Assembly: GCF_006345805.1 (NCBI RefSeq)
Contig: NC_042999.1
Location: 63,860,001-63,924,000, forward strand
Direction: 5' to 3'
Source: Octopus sinensis
Taxonomy: Eukaryota
Length of the DNA: 64,000 bases
Shown here: piece after piece, positions 10,923 to 22,760 of the stretch
Layout of the letters: every line of letters begins with the position of its first letter
How positions within the stretch are numbered: position 1 is the stretch's first letter
Position numbers and translations under genes: made by a program
Notes under the pieces: generated by a model
Told to the model about the DNA's origin: nothing
The model's input: the letters and a program-made list of their open reading frames with translations, nothing else
Database searches by the model: none

Positions 10923-13059
10923 AATAGTGTTTATAATGATTATCTCCAGGTCTTGAACAGTTTCTCAAGACAAGTGTATCTCATAGCCTAAATTTTACAG
11001 AACATAAAGGAGGAAATTAGTTTTTATCTCCAAAATAGAGAGACAGACAGACAGAGAAAGATGTTCTGAGTTTAATTTAATGGTAAAAGAAGTGTAAATG
11101 AAAAATAAAATAAAAAAGTCTGAAATTGCTGACTTGTTTACAGAATTTTGTAAATAAATGAACAATTAAATCTGAAGACAGAAAGAAGAACCTTTAGACA
11201 GAGATTAGAAACAGATTTTCAATGGGATCTACCATTACCACACACCACCAACAACTTTTAATATTTAACCCTGACATTTCGAGCAGCAGGTAGATTAATG
11301 GATAGGATAGTGAATAAATTAAATATTATAAAAGAATATTGACAATAAATATTTTTATGGCTATTGTTTAGTTTAAACTAAGTTAAAAGTCTGAAGTTTT
11401 AACTTATAGTTATCTTAGAGTTTGTACATGTGAACGATCAACAGTGTTATGTAATAAGTGTTTGTGAGAGTGCATGGGTATGTATATATGTGTGTGTATG
11501 CATCAGTGAGTCTATACACGTGTTTGTGTATGTGTTTAAACCGAATAACTAACGTCTTTCCTTATCTGGGTAAAAGTTGTAGTGGCTGATGTTAGGAAAT
11601 TATAGATTATAACGTTAAGTTAAACAGGTAAATAGTTTTTCATGCTGCACAGTAAGGTCAGGATGAAGTCCATTGTCAAAATGGGGGAATCTAGGTGTTG
11701 TTTGCCAAACTGAGAAACTATAACAAATTGGCTAGATCTTGGCAAACCTTTATAAGCAGAGATAATTATACCCCCAGTTTTTTGTGACAGTTTTTTCTGT
11801 GAGACAAAGTTGTTCAATTGGATTCTGGAAGCTATGATTGCCTGTTTAGTTTATGCACTTTGTGCTTTGTGTTAGGCATTTATGGATTTATTTTATGCTC
11901 CAGGAATTTGCCAGAACGTTTGTCAGATTTTAAATAATTTCTGTGTTACATCTGGGTCCAAAGTTCGAAATCCAAGGTTTGAAAACTGAATTTGTACTAA
12001 AATGGAAATCCAGATTTTATGAAATCCAAATTTTTGGAATTCATGTTTTTGAAAAACCAAATTTGTGAGGCCAGGTTTTGTGTGAGGCCAAAAACCTGGA
12101 TTCAGAGTTCAAATTTCTGAACTCTCTATATATGTTACCTTTGTAAACATTTTGACTGCACATCTGGTGTGGCATTTGCTTTTTGTTTGTGTATATATTT
12201 GTTTTGTATGTAAGCTGTTTTTATGCTGATTATTGTTAATAATATTTAACAAAAAATTTCATGGTGTGTTGTTTTGGGTTCACCCTATCCTCGATGATTT
12301 TTGTAAATTCGGGTTATAGCCACTAGGTCGTAACACTGACAAAAAAAAAACTATATCTCATGAAAAAAAAAGTAGAAAACTTTAAAAGAACTTAAAAGTA
12401 ACCATTATTCCAGTGAAAGTATAAACAAGCAAGGGTCACACTGCTAGAGACACAGAGGCAATCATTACTGTGTCATGCTGTCTTTCTTACAGTATCAAAA
12501 AAACTGGTGACAAAATGATCATCAGTGAAGGATTTATATAAACAAGCGGTCATCTCCTGTCCACTTCACTATGAGTTAGATTTTGCCTTATTATCTAGCC
12601 AGACTTATGACCCAAAACTTCCCATCTGTGACCATTTAAGATTTTCTTTTATATTTATCAGTGACTATGTTACCCAATATGTACGTTTTGCCTTTTAAAG
12701 GTAGAGTGGAGTCTCCCAATGGAGATTCTACACCCATCCTTGGAAGCCGAGCCTAGTGTCCTGTAACAAGTTGTTAGGAGTTCAGTGAGAAATTATATAG
12801 CTGTGCAAATGCATTTTGAAGTTATTTTTACGTGTAATTATATGTAAGTGACCCTATTGGAAAAATAACTTCTTAGGGAAATTAGATCTAAACAAGGTCT
12901 TGGTTAAGATGGAAATTTCTTAAACCCTTTATTGTGTGATAGATTTAACACTGCCAAATCTTTCAAAGGCAGTTTTATGATTTGTCTATTCTCTTATTTA
13001 AGAAGAAAAAAATATTTTAAAGGGGCTCCTTGAGACATGGGATGTCTTTCCAGGGTTCC

Positions 13060-13281
13060 TTAATCCTTTAACATTTAAATAAACCATACCCAGCCCAAAT
13101 ATTCTATTTGTTTTATGTTTGAACTGGCCAGATCTAGCCTCTTACACCTACTTTACAATGTCATTCTAAAACATAACCATCAAAACCTTAGAGGTGCAAG
13201 ATATAATGTATGAGTAACTCAAAACAGTTTGAACAAATAAGCATTGTATTTGATAGGGTAATTTGAATTGTAAAGGGTTAA
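13060..13281. mobile_element. TTAA-flanked MITE copy
   Basis: TTAATCCTTTA..TAAAGGGTTAA; internal similarity to 9301-9530. Confidence 0.7.
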
Positions 13282-13614
13282 GAGTAAAAGGATAGGAAAT
13301 ACTAATACTATTGTAGAGTGTAATATGAGAGTGATTTAACTGCTATTTCAAGCAGTTTGAGTGGCTACATAAGTTCTCTTTGTGGTGCTTATGATGGTGT
13401 GGCTTCACCTAGTACTTAGTTTAGACATTCAAATGATTCAGTTGAGGTAGACTTGTGTTACCTAAAGGTGATAAAAAGTCTGAAAATATGTCTAGTTACT
13501 TTAAAAGATTTTTTTCCAAGTGGCTATAGGCTTGAAATCATAAGATTTGGTTTAAAAGTTTAACAGTAATTAATTAAAGGAAGATGAAAGATAAAGTCAA
13601 CCACATAAGGATCT

Positions 13615-13990
13615 CATCATCATCATCATTGTTGTTGTTTAACGTCCATTTTCCGTGTTAGCACGGGCTGGATGGTTCGACTGGGGTCTGGGAAGCCAGG
13701 AGGCTGCACCAGGCTCCAGTCTAATCTGGCAGTGTTTCTACAGCTGGATGCCCTTCCTAATGCCAACCACTCCATGAGTTTAGTGGGTGCTTTTTACGTG
13801 CCACCGGCACAGAAGCCAGTGAAGGCGGCGCTGGCATAAGCCACGTTCGGATGGTGCTTTTTATGTGCCACCAGTACAGGTATAACAACTACAATTTCCA
13901 TTTGATATTTATTTCGATGTTGATGTACTTGACTCAATAGGTCTCTTCAAGCACAGCAGGTCATGTGCCAACGGCACCGAAGCCAGTCAA
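13615..13990 (-). mobile_element. RTE-tail element
   Basis: Reverse complement of the tail, (CAT)n at 13615. Confidence 0.85.
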
Positions 13991-14136
13991 GGTGGTGCTG
14001 GCATTGGCATTCTGAATACAGAATTTAAGTGTATAACTAAATACTGTAAAGACATCAGTTTTTGCACTGAAACCACTATTCAATACCTTCTTTTAATGAA
14101 AAAAAGTAAGAAGAAATTTATGCATTCTATACTTAC

Positions 14137-14291
14137 ACAATGGCATTGACTCCTCGACAGTATCGTTCCCACATACTACGGAATCTTGGCTGACCACCAA
14201 TATCCCATAACTTGATTGTCACATTCCCTTTAGTAATCTTTCTCATATTGAAACCAACTGTTGGAATCATATCTTCACTGAACTGACCAGA
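14137..14291 (-). CDS. ARL8: ARL8 coding exon 2 (155 nt; switch I, switch II, DIGGQ)
   Basis: TTCCAG|TCT acceptor and ATT GT|GTAAGT donor (phase 2). Translates [52 protein letters not shown], continuing exon 1 in frame. Confidence 0.97.
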
Positions 14292-14452
14292 CTGGAAACA
14301 AAATAAACAAAAGAAACCATCATATAATATTGAAACATGAAATTGGATGCAACACTGAAACACTTGATTTTTAACATTAAATAATAATTATTCTGTTGTA
14401 TCTCAGATGGGTCTTTATGCCAAAAATACACACACTGGTTCTATTTCACTTC

Positions 14453-14484
<32 letters not shown>

Positions 14485-14498
14485 GTAAATTTGTTAAC

Positions 14499-14707
14499 AT
14501 TTAACTACTTAAGTAACTGATTGTTTGATTAATTGATTGGTCAATTAATCAATCAATCAACTAGGTTTATCAAAATCCTTTCATAGCCATTTGTGACCTT
14601 GTCAATATGCCCCATCAACTCTACATGAATGGTGATGAATGAACTTTGACAAACCTGATTGACTCAATGATTAATCAAACAATCAGTTAATTGCTTAAGT
14701 GTTAAAT
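14499..14707. repeat. Imperfect inverted repeat near the exon-2 acceptor
   Basis: 14499-14584 is approximately the reverse complement of 14635-14707. Confidence 0.75.
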
Positions 14708-15336
14708 TGACTAGTAATGAGATACAACAGAATCTGTTTCAACACATGAATTCATATCAAGAATCTCACAAACCAAATACAAAAACAAAATACAACATTG
14801 AAATAATACTGATTTGCAACATTATGAAGTGGGGGTAAAGTTGGAGGCACATCAAGGGCACTGTCACTGGAGAGGAGACCAGTAAGTAGGGCCATTTGAT
14901 CCAGGCATGCAGTTACCACTACAGCTACATTGGGGCCTTACAGAAGTTTTGTTAAATGGCCTGATGTATCTAGTTGCATGTGTTCTGTTTTTCTGGAAGT
15001 ATGCTTTATCTATTTGGTGCTTTTAGTTTCCATTGTGTTTTGTTCTTCATTGCCTGGTACAACATGTATACTAAAATGTCTAGCTAAGACAGGTAATAAT
15101 TATGAAGGCATGCCTCAAAAATTGGAGGGCAGTTTGGATACACACCTCAGCATTCTTTGATGAAAAAGCATTAGGGTGAGATTTGGTTGTTATTTCTAAC
15201 AGATTGAGCAACCGCACAGAGGTTCCTCTGTTGTATGTGTAAGATAGGTTTACCTGTTTGGTAACCAAAGAATAACTATTATAAACATTAGTTCTCTCAA
15301 CTCACTGCTGAATGTGGTCAGCCTAACATGGTTGGT

Positions 15337-15564
15337 TTAACCCTTTCGTTACTATATTTATTTTGAGATGCTCTGTGTTTCTTTCAGTTACTTTAAATAT
15401 AACAAAGAATTTAGAAAAATAACTTAGTTATCATTAAGTTAGTATTAGGAACATAAATTGTGATTAAAGTTTGATGGAAGATTTTAATTCAGAACTTATG
15501 AAAACAAGACATTTGTACTCAGAGCCAGAGCCAGTTTCAGCCGGGTTGGTAATGAAAGGGTTAA
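15337..15564. mobile_element. Second TTAA-flanked MITE family
   Basis: TTAACCCTTTCGTTAC..GTAATGAAAGGGTTAA. Confidence 0.75.
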
Positions 15565-17284
15565 AAGCAGTTATGAGCAGACTGTGGTCAGCAGAACTTT
15601 CTGACTGGCAGACCAGCAAAAAAATTTCTTTGAATGTTTTTTAGTAGTGCACAGCTTGCCTGATGATGAGCCATATCTCATGCAATCTGCTTCTTGAAAA
15701 AGGATGCCCATGCCTGGCTGAAAGAAGTACAGGTTACTGGTTGTTATTCCTTGTAACCGTCTCTGCTATAGATACAAATTTCACATCAGCAAGTGAGGGA
15801 GGTTTTTGTGTGGTCATGCAACTTTGTTGAATATTTGAAAGTTGCCAAATCTTCCAGAAAATATTGCAAAAAAAAAAAAAAAAAGAATAATATAGTCCTG
15901 GATATACTATGAAGGGGAGAAAAAGAAAATCTCTGAAAACTGGATGTTTGTAGCTGAAACGTCTGATTATAGGTCTGGCAAATAAGAACTGCTCTGATGA
16001 TGAGAGAGAGGGAGAGAACAGTAGATGAGTGATAGAGTGAATGATAAGTATGAAAGAATGAGTGAGCAAGAGAGTAAAAATGAATAGGTGAGAGAGAGAA
16101 TGAGAGAAAATGCAAGACAGCAAGAATATAAATATAAATGCCAGTTGATGTGGAACCATATGAGAAAATAAAAGGATTGAAAATGTAAAGTCAGAGTTTT
16201 AAGAAGTCAACAAGGATTGGCTGTCATTATCAACACCAAATTCATTTCCTCTGTCTATAATGCTATTTGTTGGTACTCTGCTGTGAGTGACACTGCATAA
16301 AAATTAAATTGTTAAATACAGAATGACGGTCAAAGATCATTCATATTCCCTGTTATCAAAATTGTTTAAGAAAGATTACAAAGTACAGATAATGAGGCTT
16401 TGTTAGGCTTGATAAATGGAACATTGAAATTCTGGTATATGTTAACATATAAAATATACTGAGACTTAAGTAAACTTTTCCTCGGGTTGTTTGATTGGCA
16501 AAATCATTAGCACTTTAGGAAATTTACCAAATTTGTTCTGAGTGCAAATCCTGCCATGATCAACTCTGTCTTTCTTTCTTTCTTCCTCTCTCTCTCTCTC
16601 TCTCTGAGAGGCACAAGCAGCTATATGCACATATACACACACAGCAGTAACTTCCACCTACCAAATTCAATCACAAAACTTCGGTCAGCCCGGGGCTATA
16701 GCAGAAGACACTTGCCCAAAGTGCCACGCGGTGGGACTGAACCCGAAGCCATGTAGCTAGGAAGGAAGCTCCCTAACCACACAGTCATGTCTGCGCCTAC
16801 AAAAATGTATGTACATATGCGCAGCGCTATACGTGTGGCAAGCTTTCTACGGCTGGATGCCCTTCATGACGCCAACCCCCACCTGTTGCCAAGCGAGGTA
16901 GTTCCCCACCCCCTCTCTCTCTCTCTCTCTCGGAGACAATAAAAGTACTAACCAAGAACTGGGATTAATTTAATCAACTGTTGATGTAATAGTTACAGCA
17001 GGGTACAGGAGAGTCCAAATCTCTGCCTAACCATGAGTTTCCAACAACAAGTATGGTAACACACCAGTTGGATAATACAAACATCATGTCGATATTATCC
17101 TTCTGTAACAGTATATATTGTTGCCAACAGAACATATATACACATACATGAATACATTCAATCACTCACACACTCTAAAATAACACTCCATTAAAAGAAA
17201 TTGCATGAACGGGGGAAAAAAGGAAAGGGAACCTTCCTAATATAACTGATCATTATAAAATGAGTCAGAATTTTTTAAAGGCAG

Positions 17285-17690
17285 AAGTATGTGTGTGGTT
17301 AAGAAGCTTGCTTTCCAACTACATGGTTATGGTTTCAGTCTTACTGTATGACACTATGGGCAAGTGCCTCCTATTATAGTCTTGGGCCAATCAAAGCCTT
17401 ATGAGTGGATTTAGTAAACAGAAACTAAAAGAAGCCCACCATATATATCATCATACATCCATTTTATGATGATGATAAATGTGTATATATATGTCTCTGT
17501 GTTGACATAGCATGGTAATTATAAATGAGTGTCAATGTTATACAAGCAGTGTCATTTCCAATCTTCTGTGAAAACATGTCTGGCCACGTGGGGATATTAG
17601 CTTTCTTAAGAACTAGCAAGGGCTAGCAACAAAACAGGATTCCAGCCATAGAAAATCTACCTTAAATTCAGCAGCTGCCACTTTCTTGGA
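17285..17690 (+). mobile_element. SINE family A variant (older)
   Basis: Family A head with a variant 3' part shared with 19345-19690 and 27610-27900. Confidence 0.75.
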
Positions 17691-17699
17691 ATGTGAAGA

Positions 17700-18554
17700 A
17701 AACGGTGAGGCCTCGAAATGATTGGTCACCTTTTTCGCTTTATTTGCATTCTTGCAGTGTTTTTCTGTCTGCTCATGTCGTAAAATTTGGCTCAAACTAC
17801 CAGCAATTTCACACTTGCATAATATGCATTTGCCTTCAGCTGTATCGTTCTTGCCTCACTCCAACCAACTAGAAAATTTTTCATCGCACAACAATTTTAG
17901 CAGAAGTTTCCTTTCATACGATGCCCATCTAGCTGCCTTCTTATCTGGTGCTTCACGTTCATTATCTGAGGAATGTTCTGTTTTCTAAGTTCTATCACTC
18001 ATATCTTGCTCCAGTTATAGTTCTGTAAGATTTATTTGAATTAATCAAATTATTAAATAGATTACATACCGTTTAAAATCCGGGTTAAGAAATCTTTTTT
18101 GTGTTCAGACTGTTCAGACTGATACAGTGGGATTGTATAAATAAGTACTGTAAAACTGAGTCTAATTTATCAAACTTTTAAAAAACACAATCATGTACCT
18201 TCAGTCTGTGAGAAAACTTCTTGTATTATGACAGCTATGGTGTGATAAACAGGACGTATATGCGGTCACCCAAAATTACAGATGCCCTTAACCTCATTAG
18301 TCAACGCGTGCATGCATGCAGACACGTTTGCGAAAGCAGACCAGACGTACTTTTATTAAGCTCACAAACACGCATATGTGAAAAATCAATCAATCAATGT
18401 GTCAAAGCCTGAATTTTAAAAACCAATAGCAAGATCACTAAAACGTACAGCAAATTCACTAAAACGTACAGCAAATTCACCTGAATGTACAGCACATCAA
18501 AATTTTGGCCAAAAAGTACAGTTCTGTACAAATGTACAGTCATTGGCAGCACTG
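17700..18554 (-). mobile_element. hAT-type DNA transposon 5' end
   Basis: TIR CAGTGCTGCCAA at 18554-18543, 21-bp GTACAG subterminal repeats at 18435-18490, and N-terminal Zn finger relic FSSWLE*..KCILCKCEIAGSLSQILRHEQTEKH. Confidence 0.72.
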
Positions 18555-19029
18555 GTACTCCTCTGACAAACCTTGATTCTGCTCCAAAAAATATTAGGGG
18601 CAAACATTTTAATGCAAGTATGGGAGGCAACTCAAGATATGTTTTGGTACCATTAGGCCTCATCAGTTGTAACTTTAATAAGGAAATCATTAAAGGCAAT
18701 TACAGAATTGCTAACTGAGTAGGAGTCAAAAAAATTGGCATATTTAGAAAATCAAAACATTGAAGTTAATTACTTACAGATGCCCTCTACATTAGTATGA
18801 CCACACGCAAATATAACAATTAAGTTGTAATAAATATAATTGAAGTAGGACTGTAAAATGTATGAGACAGAATGTAATTACAAGAAGGGTTTAAAGTTGC
18901 CAATATTCCAGTTGGGAAAAGCTAATTCTATTTGCATAATTAATTTAGAGTGGCTAGCAGACAGGGTTTACTTAAATTTTAGATTTAATTCAAGTAACAT
19001 TGATAGGAATTTTAATATTATATGACTAT

Positions 19030-19262
19030 TTTATTGTTGTGTCTGGGGAGAGTCATTTTCGTTTTGTGCCTTATTATGTAACACACTCACCAGTAGAATT
19101 TCCACTTTTTCCACTCTAGAGTCAAGTCTATTGAAAAAGTTGCAAGATGCAACAAAAATTTTAGGACAATAAAAATAAGAAAAAGGTGGAAATTTCACTG
19201 GTGAGTGTGTTAAATTATAAGGCACAAAAAGAAAATGACTCTCCCCAGACACAACAGAATAT
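19030..19262. repeat. Inverted repeat, ~78-bp arms, 67-bp spacer
   Basis: TGTTGTGTCTGGGGAGAGTCATTTTC.. versus ..GAAAATGACTCTCCCCAGACACAACA. Confidence 0.88.
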
Positions 19263-19344
19263 GCTTCAACATACAAACTCATATAAAGAATCTTGCAAAC
19301 CAAAAACAAAATATGACTATTTTATAAATATATATATATGACTG

Positions 19345-19690
19345 TTTGATTAAGAAGTTTGCTTTCCAGTCATGTGACTTCAGGTTCAGCCTTACTGCAA
19401 GATGGGCAAGCGTCTTCTCTAGTCTCAGGCCAACCAAAGCTTTCTGAGTGGATTTGATAGATGGGAACTGAAACAAGGTCATCATGTGTATATGTATGTG
19501 TGTGATCTTGTTTTGACATCATGTGACAGTTGTAAATGGGCATCATTGTCATTAGTTTCCAGTGTTGTGTGAAAATTGATCCAGCCATGAGGAAATATAA
19601 TCTTACTTGGGAACAGGTGAGGGTAAATAACAAGAAAGGCATAGAAAAATCTGCCCCCAATGAACTCTGTCCAACTCATACAAACATGGA
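19345..19690 (+). mobile_element. SINE family A variant (older)
   Basis: Diverged homolog of 17285-17690. Confidence 0.7.
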
Positions 19691-21417
19691 TGAAGTGGAT
19701 GCTAAAATTATATATATGTGTACACATACACAGACTAAATATCAGAGATTATAAGCACCACTTTCAGACAAACGAGAAACAAGCTCACTGATAGAATTAA
19801 CAGTGTAACTTGCTCAGTGTTTGTTTTAGCTGTCTACATTACAGAACAACTTCTCCATTTTCTCAAAGTACTAAGAGCTGTTTTTGCTATGGTGGCTACT
19901 ATTTAATCTCCCACTGTTCATTATTTTAATATTCCATTTTATAACATTTATTTATAGAATATACTGTTAATAGCAGACAAACTAAAACTTTTACTGGTTT
20001 CAATCACTGGATTGTAGCCAAGCTGAGTCACCACCTTGAAGGGTTAGTAAGAAAGATCAACCCCATCACTTATTTTCAAGCCTGGTATTTATTCTGTCAG
20101 TCTCTTTTGATGAGAATGCTAAGGGGTTGTAAACAAACACCAGGTCAAGTGATGATGGAGAATAAACAAACACAAAGACACACACATGGGCTTCTTTCAG
20201 TTTCCATCTACCAAATTCACTTACAACACATTGGTTGGCCTGGGGCCATAGAAGATATAATTCATTGGATGATTACAAACTGACAATAAGCACACACACA
20301 CAATCATTTGTAACTTAATAATAGGTGAGGTCTTTCTAAGAAAATTAAATCACTGAGCAAATAGATTGAGCACTTCCTTGATCCACCGAAGGAATGCCCC
20401 TATGCAGTTGGTAGGTAGAAATAGCAGCCAAATCTCCCTCTAATCACATCCTATCTAAATAAAAAAAAAAGACATTACACAATCTGGTCCTAGATATACA
20501 ATGTGAAGAAGACAGGATGCCGATTCCTTGGGTTAAACAACATTGGATGCAACCAGAGTTGAATAATTAAGAGAAAAACTAAAAAAAAAATAGTTGCCAC
20601 AGTTGTTGGAAGACAGAGTTGATTTGATGTTTGTGTCATAAAAGATCTAGAAAAGAGTTAAAATAATAACATAACATGTGGCTATAACACCTCAGGAAGT
20701 AATCAGTGAGATAGCTCTGATAGTGAATAGATAATTTTTGAACAATCAATTGTTTCAGGGAGAGGAATATCAATTGAATTGATCCCAGTTTATGACAAAA
20801 ATTATCTCTTGTTAGTCATTACAGCCCTATTTTTATTTTCTGTTTCCTTTGGAGGAGCAAATGTTTACTATTCAGATTTCTCTATCAAAATGTCATGCTT
20901 ATTTGTATTGTTTTTGAACTATCATCCATTATCTTGTAGCTTCAAGATTTCAATGATGTGGCTGTATGTATTTAGAATGAAATTGTAGGCGTGAGAAGCT
21001 GGATCTGGCTGGTTTGAGCATAAAACAAATAGAATATTTGGACCAGTTATGGCTGGTTTAAATATACTAAACTTTGATATCTACAGTAAGAACATAGTAG
21101 GTGGTAGTCAGTAATACAGTTAATGGAGGCAAGAGAGGAAGAGCCACCCCCAAGGAAATTCTTTTATAAGGGCAGCACTTTTGGGTTTGCTGTATGAGCC
21201 CCCTTAGGCTTATAGCCTACAGAGGCAAACTCAAATGTTGCATGCTCCATAGCTATGCCAAAATTGGTTGTGCCTGTTTGTGCTCAATGTGTTCAGTTTG
21301 ACCACATCAACAATAGAACATTTAAGAAAGAGATTATGATATCTTTGCTTTTGAAACATTCCTCCACTGGTGTTATGTGACCTGAAAGTTGACCACCTTC
21401 AAGACATCATAATATTG

Positions 21418-21800
21418 ATCATCATCATCGTTTAACATCCGCTTTCCATGCTAGCATGGGTTGGACGAATGACTGAGGGCTGGCGAACCAGATGGCTGCA
21501 CCAGGCTTCAATCTTGATCTGGCAGAGTTTCTACAGCTGGATGCCCTTCCTAACGCCAACCACTTCGAGAGTGTAGTGGGTGCTTTTATGTGCCACCAGC
21601 ACAAGGGCCAGTCAGGCAGTACTGGCAACAACCTTGCTCGAATCTTTTACACATGCCACCGGCACAGGTGCCAGTAAGGCGATGCTGGTAACGCTCACGC
21701 TCAAATGGTGTCTTTTACATGCCACTGGCACGGAGGCCAGAAAGCCGCTCTGGCAACGATCATGCTTGGATGGTGCTCTTAATACCCTACTAGCACGGGG
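21418..21800 (-). mobile_element. RTE-tail element
   Basis: Reverse complement of tail and UTR. Confidence 0.85.
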
Positions 21801-22304
21801 GGAACATTATTGTAGACACATTACATTCAGACAGCAGGATATGATTAGAGAGAGATTTAGCTGCTGTTTCTATCAAGCGACCACAGAGGAGTCTTCTCTC
21901 ATTGGTTCAAGAATGTATTAATGTGCTCAATCTCTTTGCCCAGTGATTTAATTAGGCTGCAAACTGGCTGAATCTTTAGAACGAGAGAGAAAAATACCTT
22001 TTGTTATTTTTGTTTCAGTTGTCTGTATTTGGAATTCAAATGTTTTTCATCCATTCGTTATAGTTTTAAGATACACTTTTCCATGTTTGCAGAGATCAAG
22101 CAAAATTTATTGAGTTGGATTTTCTATGGTCAAATACCCTTCCTACAGCCAACCCTCACCTGTTCTCATGGAAGTCTGAAACAAAGGACACTGCTTCAAT
22201 GATGGAGACACTCACAACTATCACACAATGTCAAGGTAAGGAGACAATTACACACACACCATTCTCTCAAAGTCACTTAATTCTTATGAAGTCAGCACAC
22301 ACAT

Positions 22305-22760
22305 ACATCATCATCATCATCGTTTAACGTCCATTTTCCATGCTAGCATGGGTTGGACGGTTCGACCAGGGGAGCCAGAAGGCTGCACTAGGTTCCAGTC
22401 TGATCTGGCAGTGTTTCTACAGCTAGATGCCCTTCCTAACGTCAACCACTCTTTGAGTGTAGTGGGTGCTTTTTACGTGCCACCAGCACAGGGGCCAGAG
22501 GAGGTTGGCAACGGCCACGATCAGTTGGTGCCTTTTACGTGCCAGTCAAGGCAGCGCTGACATCAGCCATGTGCTTATGGTGCTTTTTACATGCCACTGG
22601 CATGGGTATGACACTACAATTTCCATTTAATTTTTATTTTGATGTTGATGTACTTGACTCAATAGGTCTCCTCAAGCACAGCAGGTCGCCCTACAATCCT
22701 AGGTAAGCACAGCAGGTCGCCCTACGATCCAAGGTAAGCACAGCAGGCCGTAGTGTGAGC
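22305..22760 (-). mobile_element. RTE-tail element with internal 31-bp tandem repeat
   Basis: Reverse complement of the tail; AAGCACAGCAGGTCGCCCTAC unit repeated at 22675-22750. Confidence 0.85.

Larger units (their letters stand above)
1..14136 (-). other. ARL8: ARL8 intron 2 (more than 14 kb, continues off the window)
   Basis: Begins GTAAGT. No YMVDAAD- or LDKPQL-type exon was found by eye in 1-14136. Confidence 0.75.

Noticed and set aside
11620-11817. ORF with faint resemblance to a Helitron helicase C-terminus
   Set aside because: The key GQLYVAxSR motif is absent in all frames examined.
1-14136. Search for ARL8 exon 3 onward (YMVDAAD.., VLVLGNK..)
   Set aside because: No matching codons seen by eye; presumed to lie beyond the left edge, so not annotated.
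14292-14363. N-terminal part of ORF 14133..14363
   Set aside because: It is intronic polypyrimidine tract upstream of the CAG acceptor, not ARL8 coding sequence.
15660-15722. C-box (ATGATGA) and D-box (CTGA) pair suggesting a snoRNA
   Set aside because: No terminal stem and no recognisable guide; such motifs are frequent by chance.
15734-16159. 141-aa and 109-aa ORFs
   Set aside because: Low-complexity translation of a GA-rich tract; no domain or splice support.
18640-18672. Minus-strand CTGATGAGGCC..AAAAC hammerhead look-alike
   Set aside because: Stem II does not close and GAAA is absent.
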